Positions 25,801-36,185 of a stretch of DNA of 64,000 bases are shown piece after piece (positions within the stretch are counted from its first letter, which is position 1; each line of letters opens with the position of its first letter). The DNA is from Oopsacas minuta (Eukaryota > Animalia > Porifera): NCBI GenBank assembly GCA_024704765.1, contig JAKMXF010000222.1:1492400-1556399 (forward strand). Reading direction: 5' to 3'. The notes below the pieces were generated by a model. It searched no databases, was not told the DNA's origin, and saw only the letters and a list, made by a program, of their open reading frames with translations. A program made the translations under genes and the position numbers.

Positions 25801-27177
25801 TAGATTAAAAGAATAAGTAGAGGTGGAGAAAACATTTAATAACTTCATTGCTGAACTACCCCCTAAATTCATTTTATGTCCACTGGCCATGTGTCAGCCT
25901 AACAGATGTATTTTGAAAATGCTGCAAAATATGGTTCAATTGGAAGATTTTGAAAAATCTCAGTAATATTCTAGAAATGTTGTATTTGCCATAATACCAT
26001 TAATATTTTGCTGTTTTTGGTACACTATGACATGATTCCATGAATACTGATGTAATTTTAACATATCACACTCTTTTGCATTAAATATTCAATCATTTTG
26101 CTACTGCTCCATGAATCAAATGATGAAAAATATTTCGAAATTTACCTTAAAATTAGTTTCCCTATTTATTCCATGGAAACGGGAAAATGCGAGTATAACC
26201 GAAATTCTAGTAACAGACACGATTACAAGCTACCCAGCGCAGCTCTTCCCGTTATTAAATGTTTTAATTCACATCTACGTATAATAAACTTGCACCTTAT
26301 TATGTTTAGTTTTGAACAATTCTCAAGAACTGCTCACGAACTCTAACTCAATATCACCGATCAAGCAACCAGACTCTACCTCAGGACATGCTGCACCTCC
26401 TCCATCCCCAATGGTGATTATACTTTCTTCATATAATTACGGTATTTGTATAGTAATGATGTTCAGAACTTTCGAATAATCTGCTAGTATATAGAGCTGC
26501 TGATATTTCTATCAAACACTAGCATTACTTTCATCTTCCAGTACTAGTATAGAATCTGGACATTGCAACATAGCAACGCTTCTTTCTCCTTTAAGTAATT
26601 TATATTTATACGTAGAGAGCATAATTTACCCAAGAACGGGAATTACAAACTGGCCTCTTCGTATTATGATCTTCTCGGTGACAAATATAGCTGTATATTC
26701 AGTAGGTCGTGGGTGACTTAATTTCATGAAGCCTAAACCATTTGGATTCTTTCGTATACGGAAACCTGTTTTGCGTTTTTTGTCAAAAGCATTACAGACG
26801 GTATCTGTCTGTAATGTCACTTTAGGGATCGAATCACTTCCTGGTCACATGAGTGCAGTTTGGTAGAAGTATTCTTCGGACAAGATGAGTCAACAAATTA
26901 TCAATTGTTTACACCCCAGATAGACAAATCCGATTGTTTTCTAATTGAATTACTAATAAATAATTTTACACTAACTTGACGACAAAAACCCCGATTTCAA
27001 CTGTATACATGTTATGTATTTGCATTTACTTTTATTGTATTCATTCAGAATTCACAATTCGGAACATCTTTACAGTTCCACAATTCCCTTTTAACACAGT
27101 TAAACCAAGAGACAATTAGTACCCTGATGGAAGAACCAACAGAACTGAACACAAATGAAGATACATATTACAGCTAG
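13859..27177 (+). CDS. ILRUN: ILRUN / C6orf106 (UBA-like + NBR1-FW domain), 7 exons, 293 aa
   Basis: Exons 13859-14010, 14086-14095, 14159-14303, 14374-14571, 25546-25689, 26310-26413 and 27049-27177 join in frame (882 nt). Reads [14 protein letters not shown]...[21 protein letters not shown]...[11 protein letters not shown]...[14 protein letters not shown]...[14 protein letters not shown]|[21 protein letters not shown]. The last two exons are less certain. Confidence 0.92.
16196..17193. mobile_element. ~1-kb foldback/MITE with ~185-bp TIRs
   Basis: 16196-16380 is the reverse complement of 16964-17193, apart from a ~40-bp indel. The degenerate interior has no intact ORF. Confidence 0.75.
17200..17330 (+). 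repeat. Dispersed repeat (HINE/DINE-like end); copy 2 at ~39450-39552
   Basis: Both copies share TAGATTTCGCACGG...TGACGGAC.TACA...CGCACATA.CCCATGC...CTCCCTATAGGAGCTG. Confidence 0.65.
17619..19376 (+). CDS. SMPD1: Acid sphingomyelinase-like (signal peptide, saposin-B, metallophosphoesterase), nested in ILRUN intron 4
   Basis: Hydrophobic N-terminus, saposin cysteines (CDAC...C...C...CQHLYLCP), [38 protein letters not shown]. Intronless, 585 aa. SMPD1 versus SMPDL3 assigned from the saposin domain. Confidence 0.9.
   Translation: MALFIVIYAISCIICFAYSIPIPADSTTTNSWLDGTTKELLFNFITSLHEGVYPHYQLNYSLECDACIKIVDYIIADASSRKVFNDDLLNFMTSTCIEILSIKEYNGKAMCPNITKFYGPILWYSIVNSEFSGENICQHLYLCPKKKEKDTPWIPQTPPEPSYRITNPNSPILPKSNTDDASIIKFLHISDFHLDLEFKQGAPSTCDFFLCCHASMTGSNPAGKYGAYGCDLPMTTANLVLNRLGTLPGIDFVVYGGDNPPHDMWAETEESQMVVEALVIKMFKENFPNTSIYPVLGNHESYPESEYLQSLYMNQTEALARMWSTWAHFPDSAIKSMGHGGYYSVIIKPKLRLIAYNSDYGYLFNFYALLNHKNPAYEEHTKWLHNTLTYAKNNGEKVLLVAHVPPGIGTTSAEYGEWFINATKPFSDIIVGQLFGHTHQDHFKVVQQNGKPFGSILITPSITTFAHQNPSFRIYSMDPTTYEILDYEQYFLNLTKANVIAKEGKTPQFELNYSAKKLYGMKDLSPDSWWSLVNRFKTNSTLLLKYVDNVYARSKVPSCDANCKKMTICECEYTNYLDAEECSFN
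19837..20165. repeat. 20-bp minisatellite (TTACAATACAAACATACATC) x ~16
   Basis: Head-to-tail units with no spacers; a few AAATC variants at the 5' end. Confidence 0.97.
20223..20657 (+). CDS. BUD31: BUD31/G10 splicing factor, nested in ILRUN intron 4
   Basis: [22 protein letters not shown]...[16 protein letters not shown]...CRGCSG. 144 aa, intronless. Confidence 0.98.
   Translation: MPKIRRTKKRPPEGWELIEPTLDELDKKMQDAEMDPHEGKRKCESLWPILKVHHQKSRYLYDLYFRRRAISRELYDYCIAQGYADANLIAKWKKPGYENLCCLKCIQARDTNFGTACICRVPKSKLEEGKIVECISCGCRGCSG
20806..20975 (+). mobile_element. Helitron-like short repeat; related copies at ~39180-39341(-) and ~63690-63816(-)
   Basis: ATCTATATTATTAAAT...TTGTTGTCTGTTTGTCCGTTGTCAAGGAAAGGATTTATGG...TATTTATCGTGTTTATCAAG matches the reverse complement of 39180-39341. 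Confidence 0.7.
21112..21537 (-). CDS. TEX12: TEX12-like synaptonemal-complex central-element protein, nested in ILRUN intron 4
   Basis: C-terminal 70 aa (VETVIRSV...WSEFLTE...[34 protein letters not shown]) align by eye without gaps to the mammalian TEX12 helical core as I recall it (LEKDLNDV...YAKLLSE...[34 protein letters not shown]). ATG taken at MAEN. Confidence 0.65.
   Translation of the reverse strand: MAENIIVDPNGEPELTLSNGDQPIDDQNVLTGTGGEMGSVNYDITSGEIVQTEEETIQIDPAILRKKVETVIRSVEESSREIIHKWSEFLTEGEEFEELCLQRLDQLISEAKMLEEAILDQKHKLFERTQLLAKILCKYES
21776..22241. mobile_element. hAT-type MITE, 466 bp
   Basis: TIR CAGT(A/G)CCGGATTTA. Perfect 8-bp TSD CTATCAAT at 21768-21775 and 22242-22249. 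Confidence 0.92.
22688..23641 (-). CDS. PRPS1: Ribose-phosphate pyrophosphokinase, nested antisense in ILRUN intron 4
   Basis: [75 protein letters not shown]. 317 aa, intronless. Confidence 0.97.
   Translation of the reverse strand: MNIKVFSGSSNPNLARDIVENLSLNLGKVSLSKFANQETCVEIGESVRGEDVYIVQSGAGDVNDNLMEMLIMISACKIASAQRVVAVIPCYPYARQDKKDKSRAPITAKLVANMLSVAGADHIITMDLHASQIQGFFDIPVDNLYAEPMIIKYIRDNIPDWKNAVVVSPDAGGAKRVTSLADKLQIGFALIHKERVKANEVSRMVLVGDVKERISILVDDIADTCGTMLKAGNKLLESGASKVYAIVVHGIFSGDSLKKISESKLEEFVATNSIAQMHNIKTSSKIKVIDISKMLAEAIRRIHNGESVSHLFYHVPL
24012..24828. mobile_element. Foldback element with ~90-bp TIRs and internal tandem array
   Basis: 24012-24100 matches the reverse complement of 24738-24828. 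Ends are TGTT...AACA. Array of 16-bp AGAATTCTGAGATTAT and 20-bp AGAATTCTTGAGGAGAGTAT units at ~24086-24270. Confidence 0.8.
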
Positions 27178-28527
27178 GAAACGGAATTTTATATCTCAGA
27201 TGTTTGAGTTTAATTTCATTGAAATAAGCTGTGTGTTTTCCAATTATTTTCGATCATCTAATAGCTACAGAATGCTAACCGAAATCTGTTACTTGTATAG
27301 TAAACATGCTATTAATTATTGGTAGCACCTACAACTCAATAGTTGAGTACTATTCTGTATGTTATTGACTCTATACAGCCCAACTGGGTATATTATTACT
27401 ATATTAATTGAGCAAGTTCATATTCATTTTGGGAGCATTGTATACCAAACATATATACAAGCGTGTAACTTGGAGCGATCCATAGTGCAAGGTATAGAAT
27501 TAAAATACTCTAAGTACACAATTGACGAACTTGGAGTTAGGATTCAGCATGCTTGGCTGCCTTTGCAGTTGAGAGAAGTTTCTACGAGATTCCTATAATT
27601 GTGACGTTGCATTTATAGAATTAAACATTCACATGTACGCTAGGCTCCGCACCAACTTTATCAGATACCTAAATGCCCTGCTAGCTGATATCAGACAATA
27701 TCAGTTGTAACCTGCTGATATACCGTAAATGCTACATTTATCGATATCTGTGTAACAACGTGTAACTTTCGATTTATTATCTAATAATCTCTAGATTAAT
27801 AATTAACTTAACACTATACATGATATATAATTATGGATAATTCTATCAATTTTGTATTCTTTACTTATTGAATACATTCGTATGTTTATATTCCAGCAGG
27901 TAAGTCATCACTGATTCTTTTGTATGACACTAAAAGTATGATTGTTTGTCTTGTGAGGAGAGACAGCTGAAGATAGGCTTTATATTTCGTACGTATTCTC
28001 TTAAATAAAGACTCATGATGTGCAATTGAGTTGTAATTTGTATGAATATTCCGTTTTTACAAAAGATCTCTAGATATATTAGTAGTACGTACATACGCGT
28101 CCGTACTGTCCTCATAGTTCCTACAGTGCCACCTGACTGAAAATGCTAATACAATTTTGATCTATTTGTTTGAGTAATGCAGGTTTAATTCAACAGGCTG
28201 GTAGTTAAGGGCTGTTGTATAGTTTGAAACATGTTTTCATATAGTTTCATTTTGCATTGTACAGTCAAAACGATCTGCTTTTCTTGGCTAGAGGGAGGTA
28301 ATTATCCAACCCAAAGATGGTCCAAATAATATTCTCGATTAGATTGATGAAACCTTTTCACGAGGTATTACTAAATATTGAAATATCTACGAATTTGAGT
28401 GATTTATTTGATTATTAGCACCAATGTGTACATTATTTTTAATCAATATATTACTAAAATAATCTATTTGAACCAAAACAACCCTGCTATTTGATATAAG
28501 ATAAATTCATGTTTTAATTTAGACACT

Positions 28528-30213
28528 ATGAGCACTAATTCCAATCATACTCCACTGAAGAGGAATGACAGTGATCCAGATTCCTCTCTTAACGATTCTG
28601 ACAACACACCTCTCCTCTCCTACATCAAGAGCAATGCTAAGTCTAACTACACGGGAGCAGAGAGTGAGGGAAAGACCCTCTCATTTGGAACAGATAGTGT
28701 GATGTTTCGTAGTTGGAATCTGAATACTGTGCCTGCTAGTGTGAGCAAGCGTTGGATAGGAGGACCAGACCAGAGACGCTGGTGGTCAATCCGCATCATG
28801 TACTTCACTATGTTCCTGTCAAGTATGAGTTTTTCTATTATTGTCTCTAACATATGGCCATACCTCATAACCATGGATAAACATGCATCTACATCTCTCT
28901 ACGGGTGGATTGTAGCAGCTTTTTCATTCGGGCAACTAGTTGGATCGCCTATCCTCGGATTCTGGGCTAATTATCGACCTGTGAGGGAGCCTATGTTTGT
29001 ATCTCTAATAATCTTCACTTTATTCTCCTTTCTCTACTCGTATTGTGACGCATTTTCTCCTGAAATAGCTCCGTGGGTTATGTTAGTGTGTAGATTTCTG
29101 ATTGGAGTAGGAGCTGGTAACGTATCCGTGGTCCGCTCTTACATAGCTGCTGCTACAACTGTGAGGGAGCGTACCAGTGCTATGGCTAATGTTAGTGCTT
29201 TCCAGGCACTCGGAATTATCCTTGGTCCAGTTTTCGGTATAGCATTCTCTCCTCTTCATTACCCAGGCCTGACTATCCCTGCTATTAAGTTCCAATTCAA
29301 CATATACACAGGTCCAGGCTATTTAGGAGGCTTCCTAGGAATTATTAATTTATTATTACTGTTATGTTACAAAGAAATCAGATTATTTAATAAGAGAGGA
29401 GAATCTATAAATCCTACAGTAAATGGGAGTTCTAATAGAGTTCTAACTCTACAGGATTCTTCTAAGAAATCTTCTCCTCCAGGTTATGACAAAATAGGCG
29501 CATTTGTGTGCATTTTCTTGTTCTTTTCAATATTCGCTGTATTCACTGTGTTTGAGACCTTATGCACTCCTCTTTCCATGGACGAGTTTGCCTGGACAGG
29601 ACAACAAGCTACTGTTTATAACAATATTGTCTATCTCGTACTTGGTATGGTAGCAATTAGTGTATTCATTATTATTAAGATTTTGAGTCGTCACATACAA
29701 GAACGTACTCTATTTGTATTTGGTCTTATGGTGCTTAGTATTGCGCTATTTATATTCATTCCTCTACCAGGAGAACCTCCTGTCGTTAAATACGAACCAA
29801 TTTATCCTAACGGTACATACATCAAGCCTAATGGGACTGAGGCGGTTGGGTGTGATTTCATTAAACACAACTGGTGTGAGGATGTACCGAGACTAGAACT
29901 ATGGCAGTTTATAATTGGAGCGTTATTTATGGGTATTGGGTTTCCTATTACTCAGGTAATGTCTTACTCTATGTTCTCAAAACTTCTCGGTCCCTTCCCT
30001 CAAGGATTAATGATGGGGTTTCTGACTGCTGCTGGGAGTCTAGCTCGCTCAATTGGTCCGATATTCGTCAGCTATGTATACATGCATACTGGACCACAGA
30101 TAACATTCGCAATTCTTGATGGCTATATCGGAATAGTGATAATCCTATCTGTAATATTCTACAAACGTCTTGTACCATACAAATACACACACATACTTAC
30201 AAGTGAAGCATAA
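28528..30213 (+). CDS. MFSD8: Major facilitator superfamily domain-containing protein 8 (CLN7)
   Basis: RWWSIRIMYFTMFLSSMSFSII..IWPYL, CRFLIGVGAGNVSVVRSY, SKLLGPFPQGLMMGFLTAAGSLARSIGPIFVSYVY. 561 aa, intronless. Confidence 0.93.
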   Translation: MSTNSNHTPLKRNDSDPDSSLNDSDNTPLLSYIKSNAKSNYTGAESEGKTLSFGTDSVMFRSWNLNTVPASVSKRWIGGPDQRRWWSIRIMYFTMFLSSMSFSIIVSNIWPYLITMDKHASTSLYGWIVAAFSFGQLVGSPILGFWANYRPVREPMFVSLIIFTLFSFLYSYCDAFSPEIAPWVMLVCRFLIGVGAGNVSVVRSYIAAATTVRERTSAMANVSAFQALGIILGPVFGIAFSPLHYPGLTIPAIKFQFNIYTGPGYLGGFLGIINLLLLLCYKEIRLFNKRGESINPTVNGSSNRVLTLQDSSKKSSPPGYDKIGAFVCIFLFFSIFAVFTVFETLCTPLSMDEFAWTGQQATVYNNIVYLVLGMVAISVFIIIKILSRHIQERTLFVFGLMVLSIALFIFIPLPGEPPVVKYEPIYPNGTYIKPNGTEAVGCDFIKHNWCEDVPRLELWQFIIGALFMGIGFPITQVMSYSMFSKLLGPFPQGLMMGFLTAAGSLARSIGPIFVSYVYMHTGPQITFAILDGYIGIVIILSVIFYKRLVPYKYTHILTSEA

Positions 30214-30682
30214 TACACTACTAGTACATACACATAAGTGCAGGAGATTATACAGCAATTGTACTTAGTTGTACCAAGTTTATTTTTCAATTACACACAA
30301 ATCTGTTTATTTGTAAAGTTTGTAGATTATTGTGATTTTAATATGTAGTATATTTGTGATATAAATATAGTAAATTTCTATGAATATACATCACATGGCT
30401 AGTAACAATGGAAATTATGGGGGTTATGGCAGTATTCTTTGTATATGTGGATAATTTGAAAAGGAGACTTCCAAATTCGCACGAGCTGCAACACTTTCAT
30501 TTTTCATCTATTTTAGAAATTACACTAGTATTTTTGTAGTTGTTTAGCGGTTCGAAATTCCCCTAATCGCGAATTTGTAAATTTTAGATATCAGTATCAC
30601 ATATTGACTAATACTTCTACACTCAGATTGCAGTGCTTCTTGTTCTCTACTTTTCTATAATTCTATACTTTATTGCTGTTTC

Positions 30683-31050
30683 ATGCCAAGAGGAAGAGAA
30701 ATTCCCCTTACTCAGAGAGGACAGATAATTGGGTTGAGGAAGGACGGCCATTCATTAAGAGAAATCAGTTCATTGTTAGACATGAATATATCTACAATAC
30801 ATTATATAATCCTACACTGGGAAAATTATGGGACAATTAAAGACGAACACCGTTCAGGTAGACCGAAAATAATGTCACCACGAGCAATGAGGGTCCTAAA
30901 CTCATTTGTAAAGAAGAATAGATGGAGTACCTTGGATAAAATCACTAGTGATTTCAATAAGTTAGCTCTTATGAAACCTATCTCTGCTAATACAATGAGA
31001 AGACGATTGTATGAACTTAAATATAAACCATGTGTGTTGAGGAAGATCGC
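30683..31050 (+). mobile_element. Tc1-like transposase N-terminal (paired HTH) fragment; catalytic domain absent
   Basis: MPRGREI...RGQIIGLRKDGHSLREIS...RSGRPKIMSPR...ISANTMRRRL. No DDE region and no TIR pair identified. Confidence 0.8.
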
Positions 31051-31641
31051 GAAGAACTCCCTTAAGTCCGGAGATAATAGTCCAAGAAGGTGAGTTAATT
31101 ATTTGTAGACATATACATAATTCATCATACTATATTCTACTAGATATCTTATCAACTTGTATTTTTGTTTCTCTCTCTATCTTGTAGAAAAGCTCCACCC
31201 TGCAATATTTCAAAAGGACACATCAGGCAACCAATACTTCGAAATATCAAACTTGAGCTACACACTTATTTCTACAGTATCCCGATATACACTTAGTTTG
31301 TTAACATTAATATATGAATATGACCTATCCATTCGTATTTCATGTTAAAAGAGTTCCTTTATACATTATCGTCACATACGTTATGATACGCGTGTCACTA
31401 CCCTCGGATTTTGCAGGATCCACTGTATACTGTATTTTGTTGTATACGTACTTAGAGAAAGTATGAAATTTCGTCTCTTTCTAGCCCATTTCTAATAATC
31501 CATGGTAAATCCCACCTAAAAACATGAGGAGTGCCTCCAAATGGCCTCTAATTTAACGTATGTCATGGAACGAAATCCGATACTTACATTTGAATTAATT
31601 CTCATTATATATCAATACATAGCACAATTTCACGCTCAACA

Positions 31642-32616
31642 ATGATTGCAAACTATCCTCAAAATGGTTTCTACTATCCTAGTTCACAGCCTATCCCCAG
31701 TTCACCTCCAATTCGCCCATCCTATTACATGTCTCGTAACACAGCCTCTTCAGACGGTCCATACTGTGTAGTCCCTTATTACTCCTATCAGGTACTCCCT
31801 GTGTACTATATGCCTATGACTTATAAGAGACCTGTCAGCCTCACTTCTTCTAGCAGTCCTGAAGATTACATGCCCTCAGATATAGACCTATCCAAAGGTT
31901 GGGAGTACCAACAAGAATCTGACCCACAGTTCGAACCAGAGGACATATCTCCCAATAACTATATGAATCCTCCTTACACGGATTGGGAGAGACAGGATGA
32001 TATCAGTTCACAGGATCTCTCTCCACAACATTCTGCATCTCCTCTCTCTGTATCTGAGTTAGAGAATAGACTGGAAGACGTAGAACTGAATTACCAGGAG
32101 GCTGATCCGCTACAGGAATTACCAGCTGTTTACAAGCACGTAGAGTCAGTAGTTTATGACAGGAACAAGATTCTGAAATTGAAACAGTTACGGAGTGATA
32201 ATGAAGTCCGTGAAACACTGGATCAGATAGATTCTACATGTATACAGACACTATTTTCTAGCACCAGTACATTCAGTGAGTGTGCTGACGTCATCATTTA
32301 CAAGAACGATTTTACAGTTCCTGCACTCATCGCTATTTTTGAAGAATTGATAGAAGAGTGGAGTGTTGAGTCATACCAGGCTCCATGGTTTGTATTCAGA
32401 GTTCTGATATTTGTCAGATACAAGAAAGGAGACAATTTCAATTCAACTCTTGTTACGAATGGTAAGTTAGTGTATGAACACTATATTAAGCAGTCCCATC
32501 AGTTCCTTCAAGCTAGGATACGGAACGCATGCTTGTGTGCTCTAGAAGATGAAGAATCAAGTCTGAAGTTTTCAGGATCTTATGATGAGTTTGTCAGCTT
32601 GCTTCCAGAGAGCTGA
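31642..32616 (+). CDS. Uncharacterised 324-aa protein: P/S/Y-rich N-terminus, helical C-terminus (possibly MIF4G-like)
   Basis: Long intronless ORF with coding-like composition. The domain guess is weak. Confidence 0.7.
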   Translation: MIANYPQNGFYYPSSQPIPSSPPIRPSYYMSRNTASSDGPYCVVPYYSYQVLPVYYMPMTYKRPVSLTSSSSPEDYMPSDIDLSKGWEYQQESDPQFEPEDISPNNYMNPPYTDWERQDDISSQDLSPQHSASPLSVSELENRLEDVELNYQEADPLQELPAVYKHVESVVYDRNKILKLKQLRSDNEVRETLDQIDSTCIQTLFSSTSTFSECADVIIYKNDFTVPALIAIFEELIEEWSVESYQAPWFVFRVLIFVRYKKGDNFNSTLVTNGKLVYEHYIKQSHQFLQARIRNACLCALEDEESSLKFSGSYDEFVSLLPES

Positions 32617-33294
32617 ACCATACCCTGCCATAGCTCATTACTATTATTAATTGCCCCAGAGCTCTATCAAATGAATCAATGAAATGAATAACTTAGTGGA
32701 AGAGACACTTTGTCTTCACTCTGCGCTATCACTCCCTTTATCATGTCACGTAGTATGCATTAGATGATGTGACTCGCTGTACCTAATATATTTTGTTATT
32801 CGAATTGGTCGGAAGGTTCAATTGTAGTAATCATGCTTATAGTATAGTATATTATTATATGGCCTATGGGTATAATTACATATTGATGATATTAAACGTC
32901 CACACATTTTAACGATTATTGGGTTAATCAGAGGGGGGCGTCCTGGGATTCCCACCACACCCGGTTCCCCCAAAACATCATATATGAACCCTGCAGGGTA
33001 TGTACTAGAATTGTTAAAACTACGTTAATTCCCGTTATATCGAAGCTCAAGGGACCGCGATAATTCTTTCGATATACGTATCTGTGTTCAATATCACGGG
33101 AAGTAATATATATTTATACTCATAAATAGTTACTATGTTAGGGGAGAAATATTTGATACAATTATATTCTGATTAGACTTTTCGATTTAGTAAGCTGCAC
33201 TTTATATTTAAGAGAAATTTCAGAATTAATAGCCGGAGTTTCTTGATCCACAAAATTTATAACAGAATTATATTTTTGAACGAATATTATCAAT

Positions 33295-34410
33295 ATGCAA
33301 GAGGATATATCCTGTTTGGAGAATGTCTGGGTATGGCGAGATGATACAGAATGTTTGGTATGTGCTCCTAAACAGGATGCAGATCTCCTCCGAGAATTCT
33401 GGTCCGGTCAGTCTAAGCCAACTAGATCATTACGTTCTAATCACTACGATAGAAATCTATTCAGATCAATCAATAACTTTCATAAACTCCAGGATAGATT
33501 AATACAGAACCATCCTCTAACTCTATTCACAGATTTTACAGCTAACAGACAGGTGCAGACGATTGGTTTATATAAGATAAAGCAAATTACACTTAATTAT
33601 ATCGCAGATAAGCATTTAGACAAGATGTTAATTGGAGCTGTCATCAAGTTTGACACATGTCTAAGTCTCTGTTGCTTCGACAAATTGCTGCTATGCTGTA
33701 TCCGATACTTCCATGACTTCCAATGCATACGTCAGTATGATGACGTAGGAGATAATGCTTACAAATATCTTGACAGTTCTTCTAAGGATTGGGAAGAGAA
33801 GGTCTTAGCTGCAAAAGCTGGTTTATCCTGTATGAGGAGTACAATAGCTCGCGTATACTCCTCTCTTATACTATGTATGGGTCTAGATGAGAGTCTACAC
33901 CATAGTAGCTATGGCAAGCGAAAGACTTCTAAATCTCAAATAGATAATCAGTTCTATGAAGCTATGTATGATTATTTATTGTTTGGGGTTTGGATTACAT
34001 TTAGCCGGCTACATTGGGAACAGATCAAGTCCAGTATTGGTACTCTATTCAAAGCTCCATTTACTATTTGTCTAGACAAGACACCTACCCCGATAGATTT
34101 TAAGCATTCAGTTTCTGTTGATTTCGCTCGTATTGGGAGAGATTCTAAAGGTTTAATTATTAGTGCATCTAAGCATAAACACACCAGATCTAAAGTTATG
34201 CAGGTAATTCTTCCAGAAGTGTCATCCATGAGTCCAATCCCTGACCAAATGGAGGACGAGTTAAGCTTAGAAGAACTAATCCAACTCACAGAAAATGTTG
34301 GTATTATCGGCTCTAACCTAGCTCTGTTCGATCCTCTCACTCTAGAGCCATTACCTGAGAGGTTAAGACTTAGCTCTACCTCATTTTCTCGAAGCAACAC
34401 TAACTCTTAA
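33295..34410 (+). CDS. PPP1R36: Protein phosphatase 1 regulatory subunit 36-like
   Basis: VYSSLILCMG...HHSSYGKRKTSKSQIDNQFYE..Y.YLLFGVWITF.R.HWEQIKSSIGTLFK resembles the PPP1R36 conserved block (YCSLILGLG..HHMCCGK...D..FFE...AWIVFRR....IEEEVGRLFR) as recalled. Confidence 0.75.
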   Translation: MQEDISCLENVWVWRDDTECLVCAPKQDADLLREFWSGQSKPTRSLRSNHYDRNLFRSINNFHKLQDRLIQNHPLTLFTDFTANRQVQTIGLYKIKQITLNYIADKHLDKMLIGAVIKFDTCLSLCCFDKLLLCCIRYFHDFQCIRQYDDVGDNAYKYLDSSSKDWEEKVLAAKAGLSCMRSTIARVYSSLILCMGLDESLHHSSYGKRKTSKSQIDNQFYEAMYDYLLFGVWITFSRLHWEQIKSSIGTLFKAPFTICLDKTPTPIDFKHSVSVDFARIGRDSKGLIISASKHKHTRSKVMQVILPEVSSMSPIPDQMEDELSLEELIQLTENVGIIGSNLALFDPLTLEPLPERLRLSSTSFSRSNTNS

Positions 34411-34537
34411 CCATTTAAAAATTAAATATACGTATAATACCCAAACACTTACCTGTATTTATTATTTAATAAAAGCATTAATTACTGTTGTATATTTGTT
34501 TAGCGCTAATAATATATATCTTTTCATATGCTAGATA

Positions 34538-35467
34538 ATGGGTTGTGACGGTGGTACTATCCCCAAGAGATCAGAGATGATAAAAACGAAGAAGAAAGCA
34601 ATGCGAGATAAGAAACAAGATGAGCTAATAGCTCGCTGGTTCTACTGTGCTCTATCAAATCACGAGTTAAGACGTCCTGTCATGGGATGTGAGTTAGGAC
34701 GTCTCTACAATAAGGAGGAGCTCCTCACTGCTCTACTGGACAAACCTAACAAGCCTGAGAGCATAGAACATATCCGTGGACTGAAAGACTTACGTGAATT
34801 AAAATTAACTCCTAATAAAAGTTTTAATCGTAAGGCACTAGAGAAGGCTGAAGGATATATTGATTACCAAAATTCTGAGTTTATGTGTCCTGTACTTGGT
34901 GTTGAGATGAATGGGCATTATAGTTTCGTGTTCCTGTGGTCCTGTGGGTGTGTGTTCTCAGAGAGAGCTCTCAAAGAGCTGAAGACTAACAACTGTCTTG
35001 TATGTGGACAGGCTCGTAAAGAGAATGACGTCATTAATTTGTATCCAGAAGGTAATGATGCTGATTTGATGCGGAGTAACTTATTGAATAGGAGGGCAGT
35101 AGGTAAGGTATCAAGTAGGAAGAGAGAACTAGAATATGAATCCCATAAGGAAGAGGTTATTCCTGAAGAAGCAGTTAAAGTTATTTCTAAAGTATCCTCC
35201 GTAGATGTTGATAGTTATGAGAAGAAACCAAAATTAGAAGCAAAGAGAAAGAATCATAAATCACATACAAGCAAAAAAATTTCTAAATCTAACTCCACAG
35301 CAAACTCTATCTTAGTTAAAGATGTTGCATCTAGTGTCAGTAAATATGGTAAGGTATCTGATAATCCTCATGCTTCAGAGGTTTATAAATCTCTCTTCAC
35401 ATCAAGTCAGAAGGAACCTCCTGCTCTACAGAGTCCCTGGGTTACATACAATCCTTATAGATTGTAA
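34538..35467 (+). CDS. RTF2: Replication termination factor 2
   Basis: MGCDGGTIPKR, CELGRLYNKE, HIRGLKD, CPVLGVEMNG, CGCVFSERALKE, C-terminal VYKSLFTS. Confidence 0.96.
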   Translation: MGCDGGTIPKRSEMIKTKKKAMRDKKQDELIARWFYCALSNHELRRPVMGCELGRLYNKEELLTALLDKPNKPESIEHIRGLKDLRELKLTPNKSFNRKALEKAEGYIDYQNSEFMCPVLGVEMNGHYSFVFLWSCGCVFSERALKELKTNNCLVCGQARKENDVINLYPEGNDADLMRSNLLNRRAVGKVSSRKRELEYESHKEEVIPEEAVKVISKVSSVDVDSYEKKPKLEAKRKNHKSHTSKKISKSNSTANSILVKDVASSVSKYGKVSDNPHASEVYKSLFTSSQKEPPALQSPWVTYNPYRL

Positions 35468-35528
35468 TTTATTAATCTTTCCTAATATTACATACATAAT
35501 TGCTTGTCTCTTTGTTATTGTTATATAG

Positions 35529-35621
35529 CAGTGGTCCTCAACCTTGTATCCTGACTCCCAAATAGTAGCATTTTGTTTAATGGTATAGGTTCCGCGGGTG
35601 ATAAATGGTTAAGATCCACTG
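35529..35621. mobile_element. Small hAT-like MITE remnant, 93 bp
   Basis: CAGTGGTCCTCAACC versus reverse complement CAGTGGATCTTAACC. Imperfect flanking repeat TTATATAG / TTTATAG. Confidence 0.5.
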
Positions 35622-36185
35622 TTTATAGCAATGTTTTGTCACTATTAATACAATACTTTCTGCAAATGTCGTCTGCCAAACCTATAATACATTATATGAG
35701 TTTCTTGCTGTTATAGAAATTTGGTTTAATAGTATCTTAAGGCATACCTATGGGCGGTGGTGCACCTAAAATCCCAACAATATACCCAAACTGTATATTA
35801 CGTAACTTATTCTTGTATTTGTATTGATATATTTTTCTATTTTAGGAGTGCAGTCATAGAAGATAAGATTATCAGCTTTACCTTATGAGCTAATTTGAGA
35901 GTTAACATAATTCCTAAAAATAGTCTCATTTGTTAATGTATAAGAATAAATTTTATAATTTTTATGACATCTTCTTGAGTAGATTATTATGCGTTTTGTT
36001 AGAACTAATGGAGATTTTAGACACATGACTTGACCATTCAAATTGGTAATTTGATTCTTGCTGTATCTAGTTGCCTATATTATAAGATAATTAATCTAAC
36101 CAGCTCTATTAGGCAATCATATTTTAATTTTTTCTACATTAAACAATTTCAATTCAGCTGTCATTATTTCCTATAACATTGTGAA

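Noticed and set aside
26626-26820. 64-aa minus-strand ORF in ILRUN intron 6
   Set aside because: No motif or splice support; possibly a TE scrap.
34430-34470. Minus-strand CAG|GTAAGT followed by a T-run, considered as an SL RNA or U1-like gene
   Set aside because: No convincing Sm site or stem-loops, and it overlaps the PPP1R36 3' end region; one 9-mer is expected by chance.
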